This document shows positions 12,750-23,524 of a DNA stretch of 64,000 nt, piece by piece. Origin of the DNA: Sphyrna mokarran (taxonomy: Eukaryota); the NCBI GenBank assembly GCA_024679065.1, contig JAGIQG010000022.1, positions 30,070,001 through 30,134,000 on the forward strand, read 5' to 3'. The notes under the pieces are model-generated. The model was not told the origin of the DNA, did not search any database, and saw only the letters and a program-made list of their open reading frames with translations. A program made the position numbers and the translations under genes. Position 1 is the stretch's first letter. Each line of letters opens with the position of its first letter.

Positions 12750-13867
12750 CACGGACCATGCATCACGGCGGGACACGGACCTGTTGACCTTGGGCAGAAT
12801 TTTCTGGTGTTAAGGGAAGCACGGCCAGAAAACCCCACCGTTGATGAGGCAGGAACTTATTTTTGCTGTGAAAATGCTGACCTGGTTGCCTGACAACAAA
12901 TGGCCATGGATGAAGAGAATGGTCATGAATGCGAAGGAGGGTGTTGCAGAATCTCCTCCTGTTATGCAGAGGTAAAATGGTCCCGCACTCTGGGAAGGAG
13001 AAAGCAGCAGTATCAAGAGGCTTGGCATCAGCAGTTGCATGAATCTCATCAAATAATGAATCCAAGGCTTGAGAGATCTGTCGCTTGACGAATGTCAGAG
13101 TGCATGACCTGAACTCAATGCCATGCCTTTGCTTGACTAAAAGTGTTAGGCTCAGGTGAATGAGCTATCGCCAGTGCAGAACCTTTATGTTCCCCAGTGA
13201 GGCTGACATCCTTTCGTCCTCGGTTAAGTGGTTGATGTGATGACTGAACCCATCTTTCTTCAAGAGGCTATCCCTAATAAAGGCCAGCAGATCTTGATAC
13301 AAATCCTAATTCCCTTCCAATCCTAATTCCAATCTGAAATCAGGCAGGTCTGAGAGGTGGACACCTCTGACCTGGAAACCGTGATGTAGCCATATGAAGT
13401 AAGTCAAGTAGATGTCCGAACTTTCTCGTGGCTGGGAGCCTGGATTTCCTTGTGAGTGCAGCCATCTTGTCTCTTGCTTTGTACTGTCCTTTTGGTGACC
13501 GTATAAAATTTCCATGTTTTTGCCTCCACACTGTTTGCATTATGATCTCTTCAGCTCATTTTTCTCTTTTGCGTGGCATTGTGTAATATTAGGCAGCAGT
13601 AATTCGTTATCTGCTCTAGCATCCAACAGATCAATTCTTGTTGGACTGATAGTCTTGGAGATGTCGCTTTGCCTTCTGTGTCTCAGAATCCATGGAGGGG
13701 ATTATCTCTTGTTTCCTTCTCCCGCGTGAAATCATCAATGGCAAAGCTGGGATCAAGTATCAAGGTCATCCACCAGTTGGAGTTGGCTGCATGATGGCAC
13801 ACTGGTGATTTTATAAATTCAGATTTCCTCTGCACTACTGCTTCAGTACCTGATATGTGGCTGCCAT
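12750..13867 (-). pseudogene. gag: Gypsy gag relic, interrupted at about 13430-13560
   Basis: Peptides MAATYQVLKQ (ATG at 13867), LILDPSFA...NPLHGF, MLEQITNYC, HHGFQVRGVHLSD, DLYQDLLAFIRDSL and DSLFDEIH, lying upstream of pol. Family resemblance is from recall. Confidence 0.6.
13430..13541 (+). repeat. Inverted copy of part of the 5' LTR inside gag
   Basis: Reverse complement aatgcaaacagtgtggaggcaaaaacatggaaattttatacggtcacc...acaaagcaagagacaagatggctgcac closely matches 14011-14115. Confidence 0.85.
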
Positions 13868-13959
13868 TGTTTCCAACGTAATTCCATGGACAAAATAGAG
13901 GATGATAAACTCTCAAATTAAATTTGAAGAGGAGCATGAGCATTCTTTCAACACCTCTA

Positions 13960-14154
13960 TCGTGCCAGTGGGCTGTTTTTACAATCAGTTTGGCACTTGA
14001 ACAGGATCGCAATGCAAACAGTATTGAGGCAAAAACATGGAAATTTTATACAGCCACCGAAAGAACAGTACAAAGCAAGAGACAAGATGGCTGCACCCAC
14101 AAGAAAACCCAGATTCCAAGGTACTAGAGGCTGATAACCTACAATGATGCTACA
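13960..14154 (-). repeat. 5' LTR of the Gypsy element
   Basis: On the minus strand it begins TGTAGCATCATTGTAGG at 14154 (canonical TG start) and is homologous to 9820-10004. Confidence 0.65.
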
Positions 14155-14939
14155 GTTGCTAGCATGAGTTTGGCACTAGATCATTGGGAGCTTTATAACC
14201 ATGAAGTTGATGCAGAATTTCAAAGATGCCCATTCTGAGAGGTTTCTTTAGAGGTTTAATTGCACTGTATGTGAAAATGCAAAGCTCAAATTATTTGATC
14301 AATCTTTTTTCCAAATTGGTTTTCTTGTTCATGAGCATATGGCAGCTTTGGGAGGTATGGTGACAATGGCCCAATATCCTTTACAATCTTTGCTGTCTTT
14401 TTTTTTTGCTTCTATTCAGAGCTGTGTGACACTCTGCATAAAAAGCCACACGAAGAGAAGAGAGAACTTTTGGTGGAATTTCAAAAAAAATTATCTTAAT
14501 TAATGGAAAAGGAGTAATATATAACGTGAAAACGAATTGAGTTTTGCACTGTATGATCTGCTGGCTAGTAATACCATTAAAAGTAAGTGAAAAATAGGCG
14601 GTTTTGTCCTTTATCAAATTGAATCATATACATAATTTGTGTTGTGTAAAGTAATTACATTCTAGGTCTAAGATCTAGAAAACTGGACAGCAGCCACAGT
14701 TTAAATTTGTCATCTTCCTTTTGTGTCTTTTTAACCACTTATTGCAGTGATTAGTCCTGACGTTGTCTGATTCTATTCGCACCAAGCCCCATTGCAGGGT
14801 TTTTCTGTGTCAAAGTTGCTATATAAATGCAGTTGTTATGTTGAGCCCTGCTTTTAGCAGTAATTGGAAACAAATTTGTTTCGGGAGCATAGGATTTGTA
14901 CTGGTGTACTGTAGCATGCAAACACCTTTCTTCAAAGCA

Positions 14940-15340
14940 TTCACAATCTTCATGCGCACGCAGTGGTCAAAGCAATTCTTCCCTTTGACTGTTTTTCAAT
15001 AGGTAGCAGAGTAAAACTGCAGGAAAAGTGATGACTGGTATTAACTGGAACTGGCTGTTGTGAGTAAAAATAATAGCCATCTTGGTTGTAGAGACGTTTC
15101 GAGCCTCGAAGGTTTGCGGAGGCAGAGAGTTACATGAAAGTGGCGACAGCATTTTCCACACGATTAACCTGATTTTCATTGAACTGCGAGGCTGCTGAAT
15201 TCAGGCTAGTTTTTGTGTCGCTGACGGGAATAGACTGAGACTAATCCTTTATGTTGCTAGCTGATTAAACACATCTCGACATCAGTGCCAAAAGAAAATG
15301 CTTTCTGTGAGAAGTTGTGAGTGTAATCCTTTCAACTTCA
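14940..15340. promoter_or_regulatory. Candidate conserved non-coding element or enhancer
   Basis: Repeat-free, retains CpGs, YY1-like gccatcttg at about 15076. Conservation not testable here. Confidence 0.3.
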
Positions 15341-15539
15341 TCTTACAAAATCAAAAGCATTTAGAATGATTTTCTTTAAATTGTCACTTTTCACTGACAC
15401 CAGACAAATATAGTTATGTTTGGATATTTTTTATAAAGTATGGTGCAATGGCAGGCACTGTATCAAACTGCACTTTTAACTCCGAGTCACAGTGATTGAT
15501 TTTTAACTGAAACTAAGACTATTCCTCCACGGAAATTGA

Positions 15540-16230
15540 TGTCTGCAGTGGTGTAATTCCACAAGGAACCAGCGCCCTCCAGTATGCTTTCCTCAAAGGG
15601 ACTGAACAATGTTTAAAATAATCAACCACTGGGACCACCTCACAGTTGAACCTGATACTCTGCTTGAACACTTACTCTGTTTCAGCAGATATATGGGAAT
15701 ACCACCAGTTGTCTCCTCTGAGTCGCAATTCATTCTGACTATATTACTGCTCCTTCGCTTGCAATGAGGTCAAAATCCTGGAACGTGCCCCTCAATAGCA
15801 GAATGGATGTACCCACACCACGTGTACTGCTGTGGTTCAAGGGCAGCATATGGGCTCAGTGGTTAACACTGCTGCCTCACTGTGCCAAGAACGTAGGTTC
15901 AATTCTGGCCTTGGGTAACTGTCTGTGTGGCGTTCTGCCCCTGTCTGCCTGGGTTTCCTCCGGATACTCTGGTTTCTTCCACACTCCAAAGATGTGCAGG
16001 GTAGGTGGATTGGCCCCACTGAATTGATCCAAAGAGCAATAGGTTAGGGGGATTATGGGGTAAATACGTGGGATCTCAGGGAAAGGGCAGGAGTGGGCCT
16101 TGTGTGGGATGCTCTGTCAGAGTCAGTGCAGACTCAATGGGCCAAATGTCTCGTTCTGTACTGTACGGACTCTGCGATAAGTCAGCTCACTATTATCATC
16201 TTGAGGGCAGTTATGACAGCTGGCCTTACC
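15540..16230 (+). mobile_element. CR1/L2-group LINE 3' end split by an HE1 SINE
   Basis: caaaatcctggaac...gtggttcaa (to 15840) resumes after the SINE as aagtcagctcac...tcttgagggcagtta. Confidence 0.65.
15841..16178 (+). mobile_element. HE1-type V-SINE
   Basis: tRNA-like head (ggctcagtggtt A-box, ggttcaattc B-box), V-domain tgggtttcctccgg...ccaaagatgtgcagg, CR1/HER1-type tail gtgcagactcaatgggccaaatg. Confidence 0.9.
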
Positions 16231-16354
16231 TATATGAGGTAGCCACTGGATATTGATCTGAACTGGAAATAGGTGGTTGAAACTTCCCTTCTGTAGCTCG
16301 AGGAGAAGTTGTATTGCCCATTATTGCCATCCTGGCAGATATCTGACATGTTAG

Positions 16355-16841
16355 CATCGATCATTGTTCGCAGCAAACTACCCAACCTTCAGGAGAACAG
16401 TGACCACAATACCACACAACCCTGCCACAGCAACCTCTGCAAGACATGCCAGATCATAGACATGGAGGACATCATCAAACGTGAGGATACCATTCACCAG
16501 GTACATGGTACGTACTCTTGCAACTCGGCCAACGTTGTCTACCTAATACGTTGCAAGAAAGGATGTCCTGAAGCATGGTACATCGAGGAGACCATGCAGA
16601 CACTACGACAGCGGATGAATGAGCATCGCTCAACAATCACCAGGCAAAACAGTTCCCTTCCTGTGGGCAAACACTTCAGCAGTTGTGGGCATTCGGCCTC
16701 CGACCTGTGGGTAAATGTTCTTCAAGGGGGCCTTCGTGACACACGACAGCGCAGAGTCGCTGAGCAGAGACTGATAGCCAAGTTCCGCACACATGAGGAC
16801 GTCTTAATAGGGATCTTGGCTTCATGACACACTATCTGTAA
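16355..16841 (+). pseudogene. Penelope GIY-YIG endonuclease C-terminal domain (inactivated)
   Basis: PCHSNLCKTC Cys cluster, SCNSANVVYLIRC...WYIEET...RQRMNEH...VGKHF...E. YIG is changed to YIE, a frameshift near 16801 moves LNRDLGFMTHYL* into another frame, and no RT lies upstream. Confidence 0.9.
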
Positions 16842-17054
16842 CCCCTGTAACTTGCCTGGGTTAGCAAAAAACCTCACTTACTGTGCTGTCTGGAGAAAAT
16901 ACACAATTCTCCAACAATGCTCAGGATTCCCTTCACACACATTGTTAGCCACTTTAACACTTGAATAGCAGGTTCGATGTAAGGATTCGCATTCTAATCA
17001 GCAATCTGTGACTGTCTGTGTTGATATGTGTGCTATTGCAGATCAGAACACTGC

Positions 17055-17093
17055 ATTTGCCTGATGAAGACAGAAAGTCGAAAGCTCGCAAAT
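17055..17093 (+). ncRNA. Minimal type-I hammerhead ribozyme (Penelope pLTR type), core intact
   Basis: Exact parse: stem I ATTTGC 17055-60 / GCAAAT 17088-93; CTGATGA 17061-67; A; stem II GAC-AGAAA-GTC 17069-79; GAAA 17080-83; palindromic AGCT stem III; UH = TC with predicted cleavage after 17087. Confidence 0.85.
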
Positions 17094-17689
17094 TTACTAT
17101 CAAATAAATCGGTTGGATTTAAAATTGGTGTTGCTAGATTCTTACTATGTTAGCATTGACCAGGGAGTGGGCTAACCTGAGTGCATCTTGGTCTGCTCAG
17201 CTCACTTCCATTTCCTGACTAGGCCATTAGGGTAGAGCTCCTGTAGGGAAACGGCAGCTTGTTTTACTTAATATTTTGAGCAGAAAGCAAACTGTATTAA
17301 AACCACAATCAGTTACTGGCTTATATTCTCTCCTGCTATAATATGCTGTTTCACATTTGCCTCGTACCAGATGCCAGCGGAAACAAAGTGTGGCGACAGT
17401 CATGCAAGGATAGATGGCACAGCGGACAATGATTATATTTTTTATGAAATCATCATTTGATATCCCTGAGATAAGAAGCATGCGTTCTGTTTTAGAATGA
17501 TTAGGTTGTAAAGTCCTGAGTGCTGCATCATCCCATGTTTACCACTGTTCATGTAATACCCATGTATGTGCGGGCATTGCAACATTCATTCTTTAATCAG
17601 ATATATATGCTTTGCAGACAACAAGTATGTGTCAGATTAATTTTCTCTGGAACCTTTTGCTGAAACATCCAAGGAATTTCCCCAGGAAT

Positions 17690-18010
17690 ATTTCACCCAA
17701 GTGGCCAGTTGTTCTTGTGAGATCCTTGACAATGAGTACTGAGATGGTGATCAGGGAAGGTGCCATGGTTGACTACAGTGTTGGCATCACCTGATATCTG
17801 TACTGGCACACTTACATCAGTGCTCACTGGATCGCAATCAGAAGCAGGAACCCAACACTTTTTTTTTTCTCCATTCCTTCCCCAGGATTGACACAGCCAA
17901 TTTGCAGCACTCTCATCTATTTCCATAGCTGAGATTAACTCAGCACAGTGTGATAATTGAGTTGAGAACCTTCAGGGACATCATAGCTTAAGCTCTGAAT
18001 CTTAGGGACA
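17690..18010 (-). mobile_element. Old tRNA-derived SINE relic
   Basis: gctgagattaactcagcacag...gagaaccttc resembles a reversed SINE head, with body gcaatcagaagcaggaaccc. A related piece lies at 60520-60610. Confidence 0.4.
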
Positions 18011-18919
18011 TTCAGGCAACTTCTCACTGAGCAAGGTTGGAATGTGAATTCAATGTTGAAAAGCCACTTGGAGCTCTGTTCTTTCAGTATATATTATTGG
18101 ACCTCATGACTCTGGTGCCTGTGTAGGCTCTACTGAGTAAATACTATGTAAAATTTTCAGTTTTTGCAGAATGGAACAGATAATGGAAATGTCGTTTTCT
18201 AAGCAAGCAGCTGAAAATGTCAGGTTACAACTGCTTGATAGTTGCTGTATGTTTATATAGATACACATATATGTATATTTCTATTCAGATGAATGGGCGT
18301 CTTGAGAATAAAAGCAAAGTTGGAGGAAGACTAGTGGCTGTATGTGTTGTGATACTTTTACATTACAAATTTAAGATAATTGAACATACAAATTTGGAAT
18401 GGGAGCCTCTGCCTTTTAATAAGATCAGTGCTGACCTATTTGAATTCCACACTCTCAATTCGTGTTGAGACATAAAACTAAATTTCCACGGAGCTGTGGA
18501 AACTCCATGAATCTTTTAAGAATGGCACATGGGACCTAGATCCAGATGTCCATCCCCATTGCTGGTGGACATCTTTTTCACCGGTAGGACAAAGTGCACA
18601 GGTGTGAATTAGGTATTAGTTGGACCATTTATAAACGCTGCACAGTGGAAGATTTTCTTTGCAAGGACAGCTTAAACCTTCAATGTGTACTTCATGATTT
18701 TATGTTGGAGGAACAAACAGCTCTGAAGGCCTGATTGAATGTAAACCTTTTTTAGAGCACTGCAAGGTAAGGTTTTAAAAACTGAAGATTGCCTTTCAGG
18801 TTGAGAATGGTGGCAGACATCAGCGGGTAGGGAGGTGTGTGGGAAAGGTATTGACTGGAGAAGAGGACCATGTGGGGACCTCTTGATTCTTCCTTGTATC
18901 ATCAGCCAAGTAAAAGGTA

Positions 18920-19133
18920 CAAGTTGCCATAATCCCAGATGACCATTGGCTGCTCTCCCATTTGACGGGGAGAGCTGACTGGTGATGATGCAATTTGAAG
19001 ATCACCATACCTCAGGCAAGAGGCAAGCTTGAGAAGGCGGATTTCCATAAAGAACCTCAGCCGGTGTGAGAATTGAACCTGCATTGTTCATGCCAGTCTA
19101 CATCACTAACCAGCCATCCAGCCAACTGAGCTA
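18920..19133 (-). mobile_element. Short tRNA-derived SINE
   Basis: Minus strand reads TTAGCTCAGTTGG (A-box)...GGTTCAATTC (B-box), then a non-tRNA body. Partial second copy at 54443-54543. Confidence 0.7.
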
Positions 19134-19579
19134 AAAGGATGTCAGTGACAGACAATCTGTAAGAGGGTCGGAGATTGACAATGTTTGAGAAATCAAAATA
19201 AGCCTATTCAAAGTATTTTCCACAAACTGCTTCAGCCAGGGAAAGTGGTCATAGAAGATAGTAGCCTTGTTGGCAGAAGCCAGAAATAATGGTTTGACCT
19301 TCCTGATATTCATTTGGAAGAATGTATGATTTATGGCCTTATATCAGCTCTGCATTCTAACAGCAGGAGGTTGCTGTGGGACGTCAAGGTGTCTATAATC
19401 ACTGTGCAGATGTAAACTGATCCTCTGCCAGTAGGTGCATGAGAGAGAGGATTGGGCCAGGGTTAAGCCATTTGAGGAGAAGAAAATAGAACGATAGGTG
19501 TGAAACGATGCAGGATAATCCCAAGGAACTCGGCAACAGAGAGTAGGTGATGGAAACGTATAATCTGGTCAACTACTTT

Positions 19580-19927
19580 GGGACAGCACACTGGCACAGT
19601 GGTTAGCACTGCTGCCTCACAGTGCCAAGGACCCAGGTTCAATTGCAGCCTTGGGTGACTGTTTGTATAAAGTTTGCATATCCTCCCCATGTCTGAGTTA
19701 GTATCCTCTGGGTGCTCCAGTTTCTCCCTTCAGCCCAAAGATGCGCAGGTTAGGTTGATTGGCCATGCTTAAATTGCCCTTAGTGTCCTGAGATGTGTAG
19801 GATAGAGGGATTCGTGGATAAAATATGTAGGGATTTGGGGGTAGGGTCTGGGTGGGATTGTGGTCAGTGCAGACTTGATGGGCTGAGTGGCCTCCTTCTG
19901 TACTATAGGGTTTCTATGATTCTATGA
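19580..19927 (+). mobile_element. HE1-type V-SINE
   Basis: tggcacagtggttagcactgctgcctcacag...ggttcaatt, V-domain, tail ending ttctatgattctatga. Confidence 0.92.
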
Positions 19928-19929
19928 TC

Positions 19930-20900
19930 TCCGTAACTGTACATCTTGTCTCTTAATAGGTTTCAATCTGGCTTCTCTTTAACCATATCAATTGACCCTT
20001 AAAAACCATCCGTTGGGATTTGTTCCACATATTATGTACCCTATGGGAGAAATAACTATTTTTTAATCTGTAACCTTACTTAAGAATAATTTAATGTCTG
20101 TGGAACTGCTCTCATTGTCCAAGATAAGTCCCATTACCTCCACTTTGTCAGTATCTTTTATTGTGGAAGATCTGCAGTATGTCCCCTTTCACGTTTTCTC
20201 TGCTGGGGTGAAAATAAATGTAGTCTTTGTTCATAACCAAAAGAGAAAATGCTGGAAAATCTCAGCAGGCCTGGCAGCATCTGTAAGGAGAGAAAAGAGC
20301 TGATATTTTGAGCACATATGAAGCTTTGTTAAAATTTTGACAAAGGGTCATCTGGACTTGAAATGTCAGCTCTTTTCTCTCCTTACCGAGGCTACCAGAC
20401 CTGCTGAGATTTTCCGACATTTTCTCCTTTGGTTTCAGATTCCGGCATCCGCAATCATTTGCTTTTAGCCTTTGTTTGTAACCTAGTCCCTCAAGGCCTG
20501 GAATCATCTTTTACGTTCTTCTCTGATCCGTTTTGAATGAAATAATATCCTTATTGAGGTCGGCTGACCAAACCTGCACACGGTGTTCCAGGATCAGCCT
20601 CAACATTGATTTGTGTACACTGTGAATTGTTTTGATTTGTGTTCAGGGCCCTGCAAACGCATGGCTTAATATCCACTTCATACTGACCAGATGCTTTCAG
20701 GGGCTGATAATTGATCACTTCCAAACGCGTTTCATTTTTGGCATCTGTCAGTGGTGGCTTCACTTAGGACCATTTTCGGTTAAAAGACTGTCTTACATCT
20801 GTTATCCACATTGAAATCCACCTGCCATATCTCTGCTCAGCCATGTAATTAATCCTTATCTGTCCACTGAGCTATTGGGCTTACAGGTTTGGTATCTGTC
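19930..20900 (-). mobile_element. Highly decayed CR1 LINE 3' region, interrupted by a Penelope palindrome
   Basis: Minus-strand MIPGLEGLGYKQRLK and YKSMLRLILEHRVQVWS...KD resemble the CR1 RT C-terminus. Confidence 0.55.
20237..20467. mobile_element. Penelope (family B) pLTR piece arranged as a 2 x 98 bp inverted repeat
   Basis: 20237-20334 is the imperfect reverse complement of 20335-20432. The sequence matches the 3' UTR at 27857-28000, which is attached to a GIY-YIG C-terminus. Confidence 0.8.
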
Positions 20901-21842
20901 TGCAGTCTGGGCATTGCAAGATTGATTCCTGTCTGATTTAAGTGCATACTTGGTTACAGTATCCTGTTGACTTGATACTGCGAGAGTTGTTGTCTGTCAA
21001 TTTTTCTTTGTGTCCACATTGAGGTAGGTGCAGTAATACAATAAGACTTTGAGAAGCTAGTTAAGCTCCTCCGGTGCTGTTGAGAAATACTCTGCTCATT
21101 CCAATCACCTTTAGCAGATTCGTAGATTCATTTCAGAATCAAATAAAGTTGGTCAAATTATCTTGCATTTGAATTGAAGTTAAATAAATCACAAACCAAA
21201 TAAATAATGTTGATGGACTTAAAAATGTCAAGGTGAGTGTTTTATAATCTTAATAACATTCAGAATTTTGCAGTTGTAGTTGCGCAACTATTATTTGAGA
21301 AAAGGTGCTGGTTGGAGGGTTTAGGCTAAGCACTGCAAACTGTTAAGCATTGGGTTTAGACGCATTAGCTGACAGGATTTCCAAAATGAACTGCAAGCTT
21401 TGAGGTTTATTTCACATTCTAGCTGAATAAACCGCCCTGTGAAAACAAAGGAGGACTGAAGGATTAAAAAGAAGCATAGTCTTAAGAAAGTTGCCAGCTA
21501 ATCCATTTAAGCACAATATTGGTACTGTTGATTGATTTCTCTTGCTGGCTCAGATGCCAGTAATTGCAGTTGATAATAGTTTAATGGATCTGAGTGTTAA
21601 CAAAAACTGTCATTAATAGAGCATTGTTCTCCTGACAAAGTGGGAGAATGTGAGCACTGCCCTTAGATTAAAATGCATTCTGAGTTCTACGATTTTGCAC
21701 ATTAACTCAGGATGAGTAGGGTTGTGACCGATTGACATTTTGATAGTTATTCAAGCCTGTTTTAGAGCTTTCAGGATTTTGAGCAAAACTGGTTCCAATT
21801 TGGCAATATTCTGTCCTGACTTTAGGAATCAACCTAAAGTAA

Positions 21843-22172
21843 GGGCAGCATGGTGGCACAGTGGTTAGCATTGCTGCCACACAGCGCCAGGAACCCAGGT
21901 TCAATTTTGGCCTTTGGTGACCATTCCTCTGTGTGGAGTTTGCACATTCTCCCTGGGTTTCCTCCGGTTTCCTCTTGTACTCCAGAGATGTGCAGGTTAA
22001 GTGGATTGGCCGTGCTAAATTGTCCCTTAGTATCCAAAGATGTGTAGGTTAGGGAGATTAGTGGGGTAAATATGCAGGGTTTCCAGGGATAGGACCTGGG
22101 TAAGATGGACTTTGGAGAGTCGGTGCAGACATGATGGGCTGAATGGCCTCTGCACTGTAAGGATTCTATGAT
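21843..22172 (+). mobile_element. HE1-type V-SINE
   Basis: gggcagcatggtggcacagtggttagc head, V-domain, tail gcactgtaaggattctatga. Confidence 0.92.
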
Positions 22173-22344
22173 CTTCTGTTTACCCATTATTACTGTGTGC
22201 TCATATGAAATTCTGGTAGCTTTCTCAGATCAGCTATGTGGATAGTCAAGTTCCTGTTCCGAACAGTTAAAATTTACTTTACAATTACGTATGTGTAAAT
22301 ATATGTTTCAATTTTGGTGATTAACAATCACCAAAAACTCTCTT

Positions 22345-22653
22345 GATAATGCCTCCAAGGCCATTAGCCTCTACCACCTGGAAAGACAAGAGCAGCAAAC
22401 GCTTCCACCACTCACAAATTTCCCTAAAAGCAATACACCTTCCTAACCTGAAATTATTACCAATGTTTCTTTGCTGTCACCACAACCTGGAACTCTCTCC
22501 CTAACAACATCGCGGGTGTCCCTGCACCACCACATGGACAGCGGCAGTTCAAGGAGGTGGTTCATCACCACCTTCTCAAGGGCAGTTAGAGGTGGGCTAC
22601 TAATGGAGACCTAGCCAGCAACGCCCATATCCCATGAAAGAATGAAAAAAAAA
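22345..22653 (+). mobile_element. CR1/L2-group LINE 3' end
   Basis: cctggaactctctccctaac...gttcaaggaggtggttcatcaccaccttctcaagggcagttag...gccagcaacgcccatatcccatgaaagaatg plus poly-A. Confidence 0.8.
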
Positions 22654-23406
22654 TCACAAGCAAAACGTTAATTTAAAATTTGAAACTAAAGTTGCCTAGA
22701 GGTTCTGACCTCAGCAAAACTGATGTTTTCCAACCCTGAATTGCTGCATTATTTTTCCTGATGGAAAAAAAAAGTGTACAAAATGATCTTCTGTACTGTG
22801 CTGCACTTGTGATTTTCTTGTGCTACATGGATGAGCGAACAAGGCTTGGTTCCAACTTTCTACTTGGTTCAGTCCAATGACTCGCATCCATCTATTCTTA
22901 ATTTAGATCAATGCTATTCAAATCCTCCAGCCATTTGCTGTGTCACAGTCAATGGCCCAGGTAAATTTGGCTCGTCTCCAGCAACTCCTTTGCTTATCAT
23001 TTGAATAGGTTGAAGAACCGAGGAATCTGCCAAATTTGAAACTGAACCCAGCCCAACTAAACTGGCTTCGGTTGCTGCGCTTTGGCTGTTTGGCATTGTT
23101 CCAGTCTCGATCTTGTAAGAAATCATTACGTTCTTTGTATTGCATGGTAACATGATAGTTTCTTTTTCGCTTGTGTAGCTGATATACAAACAAGTATGAT
23201 GTGTAAAGGCAAGAAATAATTTGCAAATCCTCAAGATTGCTACAATCAATCAGGCGGTTTGCAATTCTGTTTGTCAAAAATGGCAGAGTTCATGGGTGTG
23301 GGTGCACAGGGTGCCTGTGGGGCAATACTGCCAAGATAGAGCAAAGCCTGTTTCAGAAAGCTCTGTTATACCATATTTGTTTTCCATCGTGCTCGAGTGC
23401 TTGTAG

Positions 23407-23467
23407 AGATGAGAAAGGGGAGAACAGGAATATTCTTTCGTACAGCCTGGCTGAGGCAAATTTCAAG
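23407..23467 (+). other. Candidate host-gene exon (or 3' end of an alternative first exon)
   Basis: Donor AAG|gtaatt at 23467, weak acceptor cttgtag at 23406, inside a repeat-free block 22800-23500. ATG at 23409 opens MRKGRTGIFFRTAWLRQIS. Confidence 0.35.
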
Positions 23468-23524
23468 GTAATTTATCAGCCTGATTGTACTGTGTGGTGA
23501 AGAGTCTTGGGTAGGTATTCAGAG

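Larger units (their letters stand above)
9820..14154 (-). mobile_element. Decayed Ty3/Gypsy-type LTR retrotransposon
   Basis: Diverged direct repeats at both ends, a minus-strand polypurine tract at 10004-10025, and gag-, protease-, RT- and RNase H-like peptides in that order on the minus strand with many stops and frameshifts. Confidence 0.85.
16355..17150 (+). mobile_element. 5'-truncated Penelope-like element (family A): GIY-YIG domain plus pseudo-LTR
   Basis: Endonuclease ORF followed by a 3' UTR with a hammerhead motif, aataaa and terminal ttggatttaaaattggtgttg. Confidence 0.9.

Noticed and set aside
16309-16827. 172-aa GIY-YIG ORF as a host or bacterial nuclease gene (UvrC or homing type)
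   Set aside because: TTG start in flanking DNA, YIG mutated, C-terminal frameshift, and followed by a Penelope UTR with a hammerhead. It is a retroelement remnant.
17612-17632. Possible micro-exon tttgcag|ACAACAA|gtatgt
   Set aside because: Weak polypyrimidine tract; such motifs occur by chance in AT-rich introns.
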